Shown piece after piece: positions 45,803 to 55,629 of a stretch of DNA of 64,000 nt. Origin of the DNA: Candidatus Latescibacterota bacterium (GTDB taxonomy: Bacteria > Latescibacterota > UBA2968 > UBA8231); assembly GCA_964291625.2 (NCBI GenBank), contig OZ220089.1, positions 1,824,001-1,888,000 on the forward strand. The letters are read 5' to 3'. Made by a program: the position numbers and the translations under genes. Below the pieces are notes generated by a model. It did no database searches and was not told the origin of the DNA. It was given only the letters and a program-made list of their open reading frames with translations. Position 1 is the first letter of the stretch. Every line of letters starts with the position of its first letter.

Positions 45803-46747
45803 ATGACCCTGGCCCCGGCCCGCCTGGACCCCCGCAAGTTCCGCGATCCCGACATCACCGCCGGCGGCGAGGAGCGGGCCCGGGTGGCTCTGACCCGCCT
45901 CGACACCCTCTGGTTCAACACGGGTACCCTCTGCAACCTCACCTGCGCCAACTGCTACATCGAGTCGAGTCCGCGCAACGACCGTCTCGCCTACCTCACG
46001 GCGGCCGAGGTCTCCACCTTCCTCGACGAGATCGAGCGCGGCGGGCTGGGCACCCGCGAGATCGGCTTCACCGGCGGCGAGCCCTTCCTGAACCCCGACA
46101 TCCTCGACATGCTCGGGGAGGTTCTGGAGCGGGGCTTCGAGTGCCTGGTGCTGACCAACGCCATGCGGCCGATGATGAAGTGCGGCGAGGAACTGCTGAG
46201 GCTGCGAGACGCCTGCGGCGACCGGCTGGCGATCCGCGTCTCCATCGACCACTACGACCCGGTCCTGCACGAGGAGGAACGGGGGCCGCGCTCCTGGGCG
46301 CCCATGGTCGAGGGCCTGCGCTGGCTCTCGGACTCCGGCTTCAACCTGACCGCCGCCGGACGCACCCTCTGGGGCGGCGGGGAGGACGAGCTGCGCGCCG
46401 GCTTCGGCCGTCTCTTCGCCGACCTCGGGGTCATCATCGACGCCGCCGACCCCGCCCGGCTGGTACTCTTCCCGGAGATGGACACGTCCGTCGACGTGCC
46501 GGAGATCACCAGCGGCTGCTGGGAGATCCTCGGCCAGTCCCCCGACGACGTCATGTGCGCCTCGTCGCGCATGGTGGTCAAGCGCAAGGGCGAGCCAGCC
46601 CCCGTCGTCCTCTCCTGCACCCTCCTGCCCTATGACGAGGCCTTCGAGATGGGCGCGACCCTGGCCGAGGCCTGGGGGCCGGTGAAGCTCAACCATCCCC
46701 ACTGCGCCAAGTTCTGCGTCCTCGGCGGGGCCCGCTGCTCCGCCTGA
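45803..46747 (+). CDS. Radical SAM protein
   Basis: CxxxCxxC 'CNLTCANC', 'FTGGEPF', 'LTNA'; extra C-terminal Cys (MCASSR, CTLL, HCAKFC, CS). Confidence 0.9.
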   Translation: MTLAPARLDPRKFRDPDITAGGEERARVALTRLDTLWFNTGTLCNLTCANCYIESSPRNDRLAYLTAAEVSTFLDEIERGGLGTREIGFTGGEPFLNPDILDMLGEVLERGFECLVLTNAMRPMMKCGEELLRLRDACGDRLAIRVSIDHYDPVLHEEERGPRSWAPMVEGLRWLSDSGFNLTAAGRTLWGGGEDELRAGFGRLFADLGVIIDAADPARLVLFPEMDTSVDVPEITSGCWEILGQSPDDVMCASSRMVVKRKGEPAPVVLSCTLLPYDEAFEMGATLAEAWGPVKLNHPHCAKFCVLGGARCSA

Positions 46748-46751
46748 CCCG

Positions 46752-47417
46752 CTAGTCCAGCAGCTCGATCCGCCCCGAGGCGCTCTGCCGCTGCACGCAC
46801 AGCAGCAGGTCGCCGCGCCCCACCCGGATCTCCACCGGGCTGGCCGTGACCTCGTTCGAGATGCCGTCGCGGCGGCCCGGGACGAGGCTCTCCCCCCGCA
46901 GGGGCCACCTCAGGCCCTCGGTTTCGATGCCGCCGGCCGGTCCGTCGAGCGGGCACAGGGAGAGCTTCTGCCCCACGTCGGCGCGGAAGCGCACCCGGCC
47001 GCGGATCAGGCGGATCTCGCAGTGGTCGTCGATCAGGCGCAGGTCCAGCCGCTCGCCGAAAGTCCGCAGCAGGCTCAGGTTCCACAGGGTGTGGTCGGTG
47101 CGCCCCCCGGTGAAGCCCAGCAGGTCGGCTTGGCCGACCCCTATCTCCAGGGCCAGCCGCAGGATCTTCTGCATGTCCGTTCCCGTGTCGTCGGCGTCGA
47201 CGCGGACGAGGCGGTCGGCGCCGATCCCCTCCATCCCCGGGCCGCTGACCGAGTCGAGGTCGCCGGCGATGTAGTCGGGGGCGCGACCGAGGCGCCGGGC
47301 GGTGTCGGCGCCGCCGTCGGCGCACAGGACCAGGTCGGCCTCGCGGACGCAGGCGGCGAACAGCTCCCGCGAGGGGGGCTCGCCGTTGCCGACGATCAGC
47401 GCCGAGCGGCCGCCCAT
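46752..47417 (-). CDS. thiN: Thiamine diphosphokinase
   Basis: 'CADGGA', 'GDLDS', 'TD', 'GGRTDH', 'GLRWPL', 'GISNE'. Confidence 0.9.
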   Translation of the reverse strand: MGGRSALIVGNGEPPSRELFAACVREADLVLCADGGADTARRLGRAPDYIAGDLDSVSGPGMEGIGADRLVRVDADDTGTDMQKILRLALEIGVGQADLLGFTGGRTDHTLWNLSLLRTFGERLDLRLIDDHCEIRLIRGRVRFRADVGQKLSLCPLDGPAGGIETEGLRWPLRGESLVPGRRDGISNEVTASPVEIRVGRGDLLLCVQRQSASGRIELLD

Positions 47418-47422
47418 GGCCT

Positions 47423-49777
47423 TCAGTCCCCCGCCGGCAGCCGCGCCGTCAGCCGCAGGCCCACCTGGCGCGGGTCCCCATAGCTCTTGTAGAGCTTCTT
47501 CTCGTAGTCGGGCGGCTCGAGACGGAAGTAGAATCCCCTCACCGCGTAGCGTTGATCGAGAAGGTTGCGGCCCCACATCTGCAGGGACCACGCACCCCAG
47601 CGGTAGGAGATGTGGCCGTTGATCAACTGGTAGGGTTCCGAGACCTGGTTGTGGCTGCCCGAGTAGAAGAACTCGTCCATGCCCACCACCTCCCAACGCC
47701 CGCCAAGGCCCGACCGATGGCGATACTCGCCTCCCAGGCTGAAGGTGTACTCCGGCGCGTGGGCGGCGGCCCGACCGCCTCGCGTCTCAGATCCCTTGTC
47801 GGTCTCGAAGGTATAGGGATCCACGTGGGTCTTCAGGAATCCCAGCGAGCCGAACAGATGCAGTCCGGGCAGCGGCCGGTATCTCTGTTCCAGCTCGATG
47901 CCGCTGCTGCGCCCCTTGGAGGCATTGTCTATGAAGAAGGAGAAGCTGTTGGGGTCGTCGGGATTCTGCTGCCTGGAGAGGCTGACCTGCTGGTCGAACC
48001 GCAGGGTGTGGAAGAGCGTCAGCGCTGTTCCCCCCATGCGCAGACCCGTCTCGAGGTTGGTCACGTACTCCGGGTCGAAGGGCCGGTCGCGATCGCTCAG
48101 GCGCGGGTTCTGATTCACGCCGCCGGCCCGGTAGCCCCGCGAGACTGCACCGTAGATGGTCGTACCGGGAGCCAGCCGCCAAGTCAGGGCGAGCTTGCCG
48201 CCGCTGAGCCACTGAGCCACGTCGAAGCTCACGTCGTCTTCGTCCGCCGTGGCCCCTTGATAGGAAGTCGAATTGCGGTCCAGACGAAGATTGAAGGCCA
48301 GCTTCACGGCATCGCCCAGACCTCGGCTGTACTGACCGTAGAATGCCAGGTTGTCCACCTCGAAGGTGCTGTTGTGATCGATGGGGACAGAGCTGCCGAA
48401 GACCCAGCTGGTGGCATCGTCCGATTCTTCGAGGGCTTTGAGGAAGGTCCCCGCAACCGCCTCTCCATGGCCGCCCAGATCGCTCTTCAGCAGGCGCAGT
48501 TCCTGGGTGAAGGTCGTGCGCTCCCGGAGGGTTCGGTCGAAGAAGTCGTTGGTCCATCCATCCCTCTCGGGATCGAGGTTGTACGGTTCCCCGCGCCAGT
48601 ACTCCTCGTCATTCCCCCAGTCGCCGTCGAAGCTGTACTCCAGTTCGGTCTTCGACCAAGCCGTGATCGAGACCAGTTCCAGACCTCCGAGGGGGGCCTC
48701 CGCCTTGAGGGAGAAGGCGGTGGTCTCCTGGTGGTCCTTGCCCGGATTGTCGGAATGGGTGACCAGCTCCTCGTTGTTGTCGTGGGCCCAGGCATCGTAG
48801 CCATTGTCCAGGTTGGCGCTGAAAACGGTGCCCAGGAGACGCAGGCCGTTGTCGAGAGTGTAGCGCACCTTGGCACGGCCGAACCTCTCCCATCGGCGGT
48901 TGGAATCCTCTCGATCCAGAAACAGGTTGCTCCTGAAGCCGTTGGACCTGGCTTCGTGGTAGCCGGCGCGGATCGCCAGTCTCTCACTCAGCGGCACATT
49001 TACGGTAGCGGCGGCCTGCAGCAGGTCGTCGTTGCCCCGGGAGACGGTGACCCCGTGGCTTGAGAACGGCAGCGGATCGGCCGACTCCATGCTGATCAGG
49101 CCGGCCATGGCGTTGGGCCCGAAGATCGTCGACTGGGGGCCCTTGAAGATCTCGACACGGTCCAGGTCGAAGAGCACGCCGGCCGTGCCCAGGCCGCTCA
49201 GGTCGACGCCGTCGAGGACGAAGCCGACCAGGTAGTTGGGCGGCTTCTCGCCGACGAAGTGGCTGTTCTCCCCCATGCCCCGGATCTGGAAGTAGCGTGG
49301 CCGGGACGTGCCGCCGGCCCAGTTGAGGTTGGGCACGGCCTGGATGAGATCCTGGAAGTGGTGGCCCTCGGCTCCCTGCAGGCGCCGCCGGTCGAGGACG
49401 GTCACCGAGGAGGCGACCTCCGCCAGGGCCTGCTCGATCAGCCCGCCGGTGACCACGGTCTCGGGCACCGGCAGGGCCACGGGAACGAGCCGCACCGTGA
49501 GGGGCAGCGCCGCTTCCGGCCCGGCGTGGAGGACCGCCGGCTCGTAGCCGACGTGACTGACGATCGCCGAGTCACCCGCGGCCAGGGAGAGCTCGAAGCG
49601 GCCGTCGCCGTCGGCCGCGACGACGCCCTCTGCGGAGGTCAGATGGGCGCCCGCCAGGGGCTCCCCGGTCGAGGCGTCGACGACGGTGCCGCGAAGGGTA
49701 TCTGCGGTGGCGCCGGAAGCGGCGAGGAGAATGGCGATCGACGCCAGGACGGCGCCGAGGGGAATCGCGTTGCGCAT
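47423..49777 (-). CDS. TonB-dependent receptor, probably for thiamine or a precursor
   Basis: Signal + carboxypeptidase-reg-like domain, plug 'SRPRYFQIRG', 'VEIFKGPQST.FG.NA..G', 'NLLDQRY'; TPP riboswitch upstream. Confidence 0.88.
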   Translation of the reverse strand: MRNAIPLGAVLASIAILLAASGATADTLRGTVVDASTGEPLAGAHLTSAEGVVAADGDGRFELSLAAGDSAIVSHVGYEPAVLHAGPEAALPLTVRLVPVALPVPETVVTGGLIEQALAEVASSVTVLDRRRLQGAEGHHFQDLIQAVPNLNWAGGTSRPRYFQIRGMGENSHFVGEKPPNYLVGFVLDGVDLSGLGTAGVLFDLDRVEIFKGPQSTIFGPNAMAGLISMESADPLPFSSHGVTVSRGNDDLLQAAATVNVPLSERLAIRAGYHEARSNGFRSNLFLDREDSNRRWERFGRAKVRYTLDNGLRLLGTVFSANLDNGYDAWAHDNNEELVTHSDNPGKDHQETTAFSLKAEAPLGGLELVSITAWSKTELEYSFDGDWGNDEEYWRGEPYNLDPERDGWTNDFFDRTLRERTTFTQELRLLKSDLGGHGEAVAGTFLKALEESDDATSWVFGSSVPIDHNSTFEVDNLAFYGQYSRGLGDAVKLAFNLRLDRNSTSYQGATADEDDVSFDVAQWLSGGKLALTWRLAPGTTIYGAVSRGYRAGGVNQNPRLSDRDRPFDPEYVTNLETGLRMGGTALTLFHTLRFDQQVSLSRQQNPDDPNSFSFFIDNASKGRSSGIELEQRYRPLPGLHLFGSLGFLKTHVDPYTFETDKGSETRGGRAAAHAPEYTFSLGGEYRHRSGLGGRWEVVGMDEFFYSGSHNQVSEPYQLINGHISYRWGAWSLQMWGRNLLDQRYAVRGFYFRLEPPDYEKKLYKSYGDPRQVGLRLTARLPAGD

Positions 49778-49825
49778 GAGAAAGGCCGCTTTCTCCAGCA
49801 GGGGAAAGCGGCCGTCCAGGGCGCC

Positions 49826-49915
49826 TGTCCGTTTCCCTACGCTGGAATGATCCAGGTCAGGTTCGAAGGGTATCTGATCTCAGGCCGGAGCACCGGCCAC
49901 CCCCAACGGTTGTCG
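49826..49915 (-). ncRNA. TPP (THI-box) riboswitch
   Basis: Minus strand GGGGTG...CTGAGA...ATACCCTTCGAACCTGACCTGGATCATTCCAGCGTAGGGAA. Confidence 0.95.
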
Positions 49916-50293
49916 TCTCTCAAGGTAGGCGGCGTGGAGAAGGGGTCAAGAGAACCTCGGCTGCCATGAGGGGTGGTCCTCGAGGTCTCGGGATCTCCAC
50001 GGACCGCCGTGACGGACAGCGCACACCGCGGTTCGCTGGAGCAGCCATCGAGGCCGGCGTGCTGGTGCCGGCCATGCGGAATCGGTCCGGGAGATGCGGG
50101 CATGTTACCTCCGGTGTCATGAGTGTGGCATCCGGGAGGCGCGGAGAGGGACCCCTGGAAGATCCGGGAGACCTCCACGCTCACGAGGCGGGTCCCTCGA
50201 CACAGGGACGGGAACCGGGCATGGAGGTTGCTTGGCTTTCCCTTGAGTCGTCATATTCCCCCCATCCCCCTGCAGTTGGAAGGAGCCGCGGCG

Positions 50294-50863
50294 ATGCCCG
50301 AAGGCGCCACCCCCCAATCCCGACCCACCCCCGAAGAGTTGCACAGGGGCCTCGGCTTTCTGCGGGAAGATATCCAGGATCTGCGCAACCAGGTAGGGAG
50401 CGTTCATCACCGCATCGACGAGACCAACCGGTCTTTGGGCGAGCGTATCGTCGAAACCAACCGGTCTTTGGGCCAGCGTATCGACGAGACCAACCGGTTC
50501 CTGGGCGAGCGTATCGACGAGACCAACCGGTCCCTGGGCGAGCGTATCGACGAGACCAACCGATCCCTGGGCGAGCGTATCGACGAGACCAACCGGTCCC
50601 TGGGCGAGCGTATCGACGAGACCAACCGGTCCCTGGGCGAACGCATCGACGAGACCAACCAGTCCCTGGGCGAGCGTGTCGACGAGACCAACCGCCGTAT
50701 CGACGAGACCAACCGATCCCTGGGCGAGCGCATCGACGAGACCAACCGGTCCCTGGGCGAGCAGATCCAGACGCTGCACAAGGGCATGCAAGCCAACTTC
50801 AGGTGGACCATGACCACCCTGGTCGCCATCACCGGCATCCTCATCGGGGTTATCAAACTCTGA
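50294..50863 (+). CDS. Membrane-anchored coiled-coil repeat protein (DUF1640/Bdr-like architecture)
   Basis: GAAGGAG RBS; short head, RIDETNRSLGE repeats, C-terminal 'FRWTMTTLVAITGILIGVIKL' TM. Confidence 0.75.
   Translation: MPEGATPQSRPTPEELHRGLGFLREDIQDLRNQVGSVHHRIDETNRSLGERIVETNRSLGQRIDETNRFLGERIDETNRSLGERIDETNRSLGERIDETNRSLGERIDETNRSLGERIDETNQSLGERVDETNRRIDETNRSLGERIDETNRSLGEQIQTLHKGMQANFRWTMTTLVAITGILIGVIKL
50411..50761 (+). repeat. 33-bp coding tandem repeat (10 full units + one 21-bp unit)
   Basis: CG(C/T)ATCGACGAGACCAACCGGTCCCTGGGCGAG repeated in frame with no unique spacers. Confidence 0.95.
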
Positions 50864-51108
50864 CGGCAGGCCCAGGGGCCTGCCTCTCGCAAGCGGTATC
50901 CAGCATTGGCGAGCGCCGCCCGGTGTGGGCCGCCGGACGCCCCGGTCCAGCCGCTGGAGAGGCATACCTCCCGAGAGATCAGGACCTCCGGGAGGCGCCG
51001 GAGACGACCACCGCGATTGGTCCCTCCTGGGCAGATGCCTAGTTTACGGCGCCCCATGTCCCCAAGCCGCCCACATCCTCCCCCCTCTGTCCCGCCCCAC
51101 CCGCCCCT

Positions 51109-51432
51109 GTGCTGACCTCCTGGCGCGCCCCGGCGGTGATGCTGCTCTTCGTCGCCGGCCTCTACGTCCTCGCCCGCCCGTGGCTGATCGAGCGCTTCGG
51201 GCTGGTGACCTGCCTGATCGTCGTCCTCGCCGCCTGCCTGGCGGCCGGCATCGGCGCCGCCGCCTGGCAGGCCCGCCGCCGGCGCTACGCCTGCCCGGAC
51301 TGCGAGCACCTCTTCGGCGCCTCCACCATGCGCCATCTGCTGAGCCAGGACTGGTTCGGGCGGGTGCGCTGCCGCTGTCCCTCCTGCGGGCGGGTCCATC
51401 ACTGCCAGCCGGTGGGATCCGGGGCGGGCTGA
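51109..51432 (+). CDS. Small 2-TM protein with C-terminal Zn ribbon
   Basis: Two hydrophobic helices then YACPDC...RCPSCG. Confidence 0.6.
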   Translation: MLTSWRAPAVMLLFVAGLYVLARPWLIERFGLVTCLIVVLAACLAAGIGAAAWQARRRRYACPDCEHLFGASTMRHLLSQDWFGRVRCRCPSCGRVHHCQPVGSGAG

Positions 51433-51436
51433 AGGA

Positions 51437-54400
51437 TCAGCCTCCGGCCAGCCTCTCCACGGCGGCCGCCACCTCCCGGCGCCGCACCTCGATCGGCGCC
51501 GGGTCCTTCGTGAAGCGGGTCAGGGAAACCCTGATCTCCGGCGGCACCGACAACAGCGCCTCCAACCGGCCGCGCTCGGCCTCGACCAATTCCGTCCCCG
51601 AGCGCAGCGACCGCCTCAACATCGCCAGGTACTCGTAGTCCTCGATGCCGTCGCGCAGCATCTCCCAGCGCACGCTCTCCACGGGGCCGGCCAGCACCGG
51701 AGCCCCCCCGGGAGCCCCCGGGGGTGGGTAGAGAAAGCGGCCGTCGCCGTTGCCCCACGGCCTCCGGGAGCCCACGGACCCGGAGTGGAGCGACACCCAG
51801 CTCATGGGGTCCTCGTACGGGTCCTGGAGGCCTTCGGGATAGGCGGCGGCGCTCGTCCAGTAGTTGGTCGCCCACACGAGGATCCCGTCGACGCCGGCCT
51901 GCCACGTCTGCCACAGCCAGACGCGCGGATCGGTGCCGGCGCGGTCGATGAACAGGCCGGGGTAGGGCGCCTTCGGCACCGTGCACAGGTACCACCAGAA
52001 GCGGTCTCCCGCCTCCCGGCGCGGGGCCGAGGCCGCCGGGTCGAAGCGGCTCGCCAGCGGGCACCAGAGGTCGGGGCCCCCTGCCAGCGCCGGCTCGACC
52101 TGCTCGGTGAGCATGCGGCGCAGACCGGGGGCGGCCTCCGCCAGCCGGCGGAAGCCGTCCATGACGAAGGCGTAATCCTTCGGCTGCGGCTCGTCGAACC
52201 AGTAGACGAAGGCCTCGTCCAGCCAGCCCTTGCCGCGCAGGTGGCGCTCCAGGGCGCCGGCCCAGCCGCGGAACAGGGCCTGGTACTGCGGCGTGTCCGC
52301 GGCGAATCCGCGCAGCGCCGGTTCCCGCCGCCGGTGATAGCTGCCGCCCCCCATGCCGGGCAGGCGCAGGCGGAAGGTGTTGAAGCCGTGCTCCTCGATC
52401 GCCCGCGTCATGGCCGCGTCCCAGGCGGTGAAGTCGATCTCCGGCTCGATGACCTCTCCTTCGGCGACGGCGCGTCCCGCCAGGTCCGGCCAGGTAGTCA
52501 CGGGCGGATCGAGAGGGGCGGGATCGTAGGGGGAGATGTGATGGCGGGAGAAGCTCTCGAGATAGAGATCGAGGAGGAGCCGGCGGTCGGCCTCGTCGTC
52601 GACGCCGTGATAGCGCCAGATGTGGCCGGGGTGGAACCCGAAGGCGGTCTCGCAGGTCATGCGGCGGGGGAGGTCGAAGCCGAAGACCTCGACGCGCAGA
52701 GGAACGCGGGTCTCGTAGTCGGCGGCCGTCAGCACGAGGGCCCCCTCGTAGGTCCCGGCGGGGGTCGAGGGCGGCACGGATACGCGGACCCAGAAGGGCT
52801 GATTGCGCCGCGCCGGCAGGTCGAGGGCGGAGTCGATGGGAAGGAGGGGATCGGGCCACCACGCCGCTTCGCCGGCCAGGTCGGTGGGGCGCCGCACCGG
52901 CACGTATCCCACGCGCAGCACCTCGATGCGATCGGCGGGGATGCCCGCGCCCTCCGGGCCGGTCAGGTCGGTGGGCCGCAGGCGCAGCCCGCGCAGGGGG
53001 TAGCCGGGGCGCAGGACGAGCTGGGCCGCCTCGGTCTCGTTGCCGGCGGCCGAGATCGCGATCGACGTGCCCCGCCGCCGCGGCGCGGCCCTCGTGCGCG
53101 ACACCTTCCAGCCGGAGGAGGCCCACCACACCGCCGGGTCGGCGCTCTCGGCGCTCAGCAGCTCGCCGTAGCCGTCGGCGTGCAGCATCGACAGGGCCAG
53201 ATCGGCCTCGGCCCTCCAGAGCCCGTCCGCCTGCACCTGCAGGTGCAGGACGAGGGCGCCCGTCCCCGAGATGCGGCAGGGCACGGCGAGGTGGTTCTCC
53301 CCCGGGTGGAGCTCCACCGGCCGCCAGCCCCCTTCCGGCGGCTCCTCCCCGAGGGCCCCCGTCACCGCGCGCACCCGGGCCGGCAGCGTCTCGGCGGAGG
53401 AGCTGTGGACGAGCAGGCGCAGGGTGTCGGCCAGACCCGGCCGCAGCAGGCCCGGGTCCTGCACCCGGCAGCGCAGGGACCCCGCCCGTCCGCCTTCCGA
53501 CACCAGGAGGGTGGACCCCTCCCCCTCCGGGACCTCCCCGTCGAGGCGGGCCTGGTACCCGTAGTCGTCCACCTGGAAGGCGCCGCCGCCCTCGCCGGCC
53601 GCGCGCAGACGCACCCGCACGGCGGCGGCGGGCAGCAGCGAGTCGGGCACGTCGAAGGAGGTGGAGGCGACCTCCGGCATCACCCCGAGGGGGATCCACC
53701 CGCCGCCGGTGGAGACCTCGACGAGCAGGTGGCCCCCGGTGTGGTGGTTGAGGTTCACGCGGAGTCCTGCCTCCCGCTGCGGGAAGTCCCCCACCTCGTG
53801 CCGGAAGACGACCTCCTGGCCGGGGCCGAAGACCCAGCGGTAGGTGTTGAAGCCGGCGTCGTGGCTCTCCAGGGGCCGGCTGATGTTGGCCAGCGGCGTG
53901 TGCTGGGGGGAGTCGAAGACGTACCGGCCCGCCTCGAGGCGCTCCCCCTGGCCGAGGCGCAGACCGCCGCCCACGAGGCGGTGCACGGCGCGCACCCGGT
54001 CCAGCTCGATGTCGTCGAAGGCCGCGGCGCCGGGCAGCCGCCACTGGCCGAAGCGCAGCCAGCGGTACGGGTTCGAGGCCGAAGGGGCGGCGAAGCTGGA
54101 GCTGAACCACCGCCACTCGAAGCCGGTCTCCCCCAGGTCGCGGTTGGCGAATCCCGCCCCCGAGGTGACGGTGCCGCCGCCGCTCCCCTCCAGGCGCCGC
54201 GCCCGGAAGCGCACGCGGTAGTGGCCGCCGGCCTCGAAGGCGAGGGAGTCCGAGCGCCACCAGCCCGAGCCCCGGCCATCGCCGCGGACGACGATCCCGG
54301 GATCGCCGGCGATGGTCCGCCACTCTCCCTCGCCGCGCAGGCTCCATCCGGCCGGCAGGGAGTCCCCCCGGGCAAAGGTGGGGTTGGGCGCCTTCTGGGC

Positions 54401-54457
54401 CTGGGCAGCGGTCAGACAGCCCGCGCACAGAGCGAGGACGATTCGATACTTCGGCAC
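51437..54457 (-). CDS. Secreted DUF4091 / GH123-like glycoside hydrolase
   Basis: Signal peptide; 'AAGNETEAAQLV', 'WPDPL', 'YWFDEP', 'WWYLC', 'GDGRFLYP', 'SVRWEMLRDGIEDYEYL'. Confidence 0.85.
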   Translation of the reverse strand: MPKYRIVLALCAGCLTAAQAQKAPNPTFARGDSLPAGWSLRGEGEWRTIAGDPGIVVRGDGRGSGWWRSDSLAFEAGGHYRVRFRARRLEGSGGGTVTSGAGFANRDLGETGFEWRWFSSSFAAPSASNPYRWLRFGQWRLPGAAAFDDIELDRVRAVHRLVGGGLRLGQGERLEAGRYVFDSPQHTPLANISRPLESHDAGFNTYRWVFGPGQEVVFRHEVGDFPQREAGLRVNLNHHTGGHLLVEVSTGGGWIPLGVMPEVASTSFDVPDSLLPAAAVRVRLRAAGEGGGAFQVDDYGYQARLDGEVPEGEGSTLLVSEGGRAGSLRCRVQDPGLLRPGLADTLRLLVHSSSAETLPARVRAVTGALGEEPPEGGWRPVELHPGENHLAVPCRISGTGALVLHLQVQADGLWRAEADLALSMLHADGYGELLSAESADPAVWWASSGWKVSRTRAAPRRRGTSIAISAAGNETEAAQLVLRPGYPLRGLRLRPTDLTGPEGAGIPADRIEVLRVGYVPVRRPTDLAGEAAWWPDPLLPIDSALDLPARRNQPFWVRVSVPPSTPAGTYEGALVLTAADYETRVPLRVEVFGFDLPRRMTCETAFGFHPGHIWRYHGVDDEADRRLLLDLYLESFSRHHISPYDPAPLDPPVTTWPDLAGRAVAEGEVIEPEIDFTAWDAAMTRAIEEHGFNTFRLRLPGMGGGSYHRRREPALRGFAADTPQYQALFRGWAGALERHLRGKGWLDEAFVYWFDEPQPKDYAFVMDGFRRLAEAAPGLRRMLTEQVEPALAGGPDLWCPLASRFDPAASAPRREAGDRFWWYLCTVPKAPYPGLFIDRAGTDPRVWLWQTWQAGVDGILVWATNYWTSAAAYPEGLQDPYEDPMSWVSLHSGSVGSRRPWGNGDGRFLYPPPGAPGGAPVLAGPVESVRWEMLRDGIEDYEYLAMLRRSLRSGTELVEAERGRLEALLSVPPEIRVSLTRFTKDPAPIEVRRREVAAAVERLAGG

Positions 54458-54510
54458 GGGACGGCTCCGGGCTCTTGCGATGGTGCCGGCGCCGGGCGAA
54501 TCTAACCGCC

Positions 54511-55629
54511 GTGAACCGCGTCGAGAAGCTCCACATCGGCATCGCCGGCGCCTGCGCCCGGGGGCGGGCCTTCCTGACGGGGCTCTCGGCCCGGGAGTCG
54601 GTGGCCTGCGTCGCCGCCGTGTGCGATACCGACGTCGAGGGCCTGCGGCAGGTCCGCCGCCAGACCGGCGCCGAGCACGCCTTCACCTGTTTCGACGACC
54701 TGCTCTCCTGCGGCGGCCTCGACGCCGTGGTCGTGGCCACGCCGATGCACCTCCACGCCGGGCAGTCCACCGCCGCCCTCGACGCCGGCCTGCACGTGCT
54801 CAGCGAGGTCACCGCCGCCGTCGACCTCGAGCAGTGCCGGCGCCTGGTGCTCGCCGCCCACCGTTCCCCCGGCCTCTACATGCTGGCCGAGAACTGCAAC
54901 TACACGGTGCCCAACCTCGTGGTGGCCGCCCTCGTCGACCAAGGCCTCTTCGGCACCCCCTACTTCGCCGACGGCGAGTACCTCCACGAGGTGAAGGCCC
55001 TCAACGAGCGCACCCCCTGGCGGCGGCGCTGGCAGACCGGCGTCGACGGGATCACCTACGGCACCCACAGCCTCGGGCCGATCCTGCGGTGGCTGCCGGG
55101 GCGGATCACGGAGGTCTGCTGCGCCGGCAGCGGCCATCATCATCTCGACCCCCGGGGCGATCCCTACCACCAGGACACGCACGTCATGCTCGGCCGGCTC
55201 TCCGGCGGCGGGCTGGTCAAGGTGCGCGTCGACATGATCTCCGACCGCCCCAGCGTGACCACCACCTACCAGCTCCAGGGGACGGACGGCTGCTACGAGT
55301 CGTCCCGCGCCCCGGGCGAGCGGCACCGCCTGTGGCTGCGGTCGCGCTCGCCGGACGAGGGCACCTGGCTCGACCTGGAGGACCTGGTGGAGGAGTTCCT
55401 GCCGGCGCGCTGGAGCGGCACCGTCGACGACGCGCACGGCCACGGCGGCAGCGACACCCGCGTGATCTGCGCCTTCGTCGATGCCGCGCGCGGGGACGCC
55501 CCGGCCGAGTTGGGGGTTCACGAGGCCATGGACCAGACCCTGCCGGGCCTGGTGAGCCAGACCTCCATGGCCGCCGGCGGCGGCTGGCAGCCGGTGCCGG
55601 ACAGCCGCGCCTGGACGGGGACGCCGTGA
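54511..55629 (+). CDS. Gfo/Idh/MocA oxidoreductase
   Basis: 'VVVATPMHLH', 'HVLSEV', 'LAENC', 'GEYLH', 'YGTHSLGP', 'GHGGSD'. Confidence 0.88.
   Translation: MNRVEKLHIGIAGACARGRAFLTGLSARESVACVAAVCDTDVEGLRQVRRQTGAEHAFTCFDDLLSCGGLDAVVVATPMHLHAGQSTAALDAGLHVLSEVTAAVDLEQCRRLVLAAHRSPGLYMLAENCNYTVPNLVVAALVDQGLFGTPYFADGEYLHEVKALNERTPWRRRWQTGVDGITYGTHSLGPILRWLPGRITEVCCAGSGHHHLDPRGDPYHQDTHVMLGRLSGGGLVKVRVDMISDRPSVTTTYQLQGTDGCYESSRAPGERHRLWLRSRSPDEGTWLDLEDLVEEFLPARWSGTVDDAHGHGGSDTRVICAFVDAARGDAPAELGVHEAMDQTLPGLVSQTSMAAGGGWQPVPDSRAWTGTP

Noticed and set aside
49920-50290. Structured RNA or ORFs between the riboswitch and the coiled-coil gene
   Set aside because: No recognisable family; ORFs lack RBS or plausible composition
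50411-50761. Possible CRISPR array
   Set aside because: Units are contiguous with no unique spacers, preserve the reading frame inside a CDS, and no cas genes are present
51399-54812. Very long Arg/Pro/Gly-rich ORFs (also 2679-4325, 33020-35128, 40364-41356, 44161-46635, 51785-54505)
   Set aside because: Alternative-frame or antisense shadows of real genes in high-GC DNA
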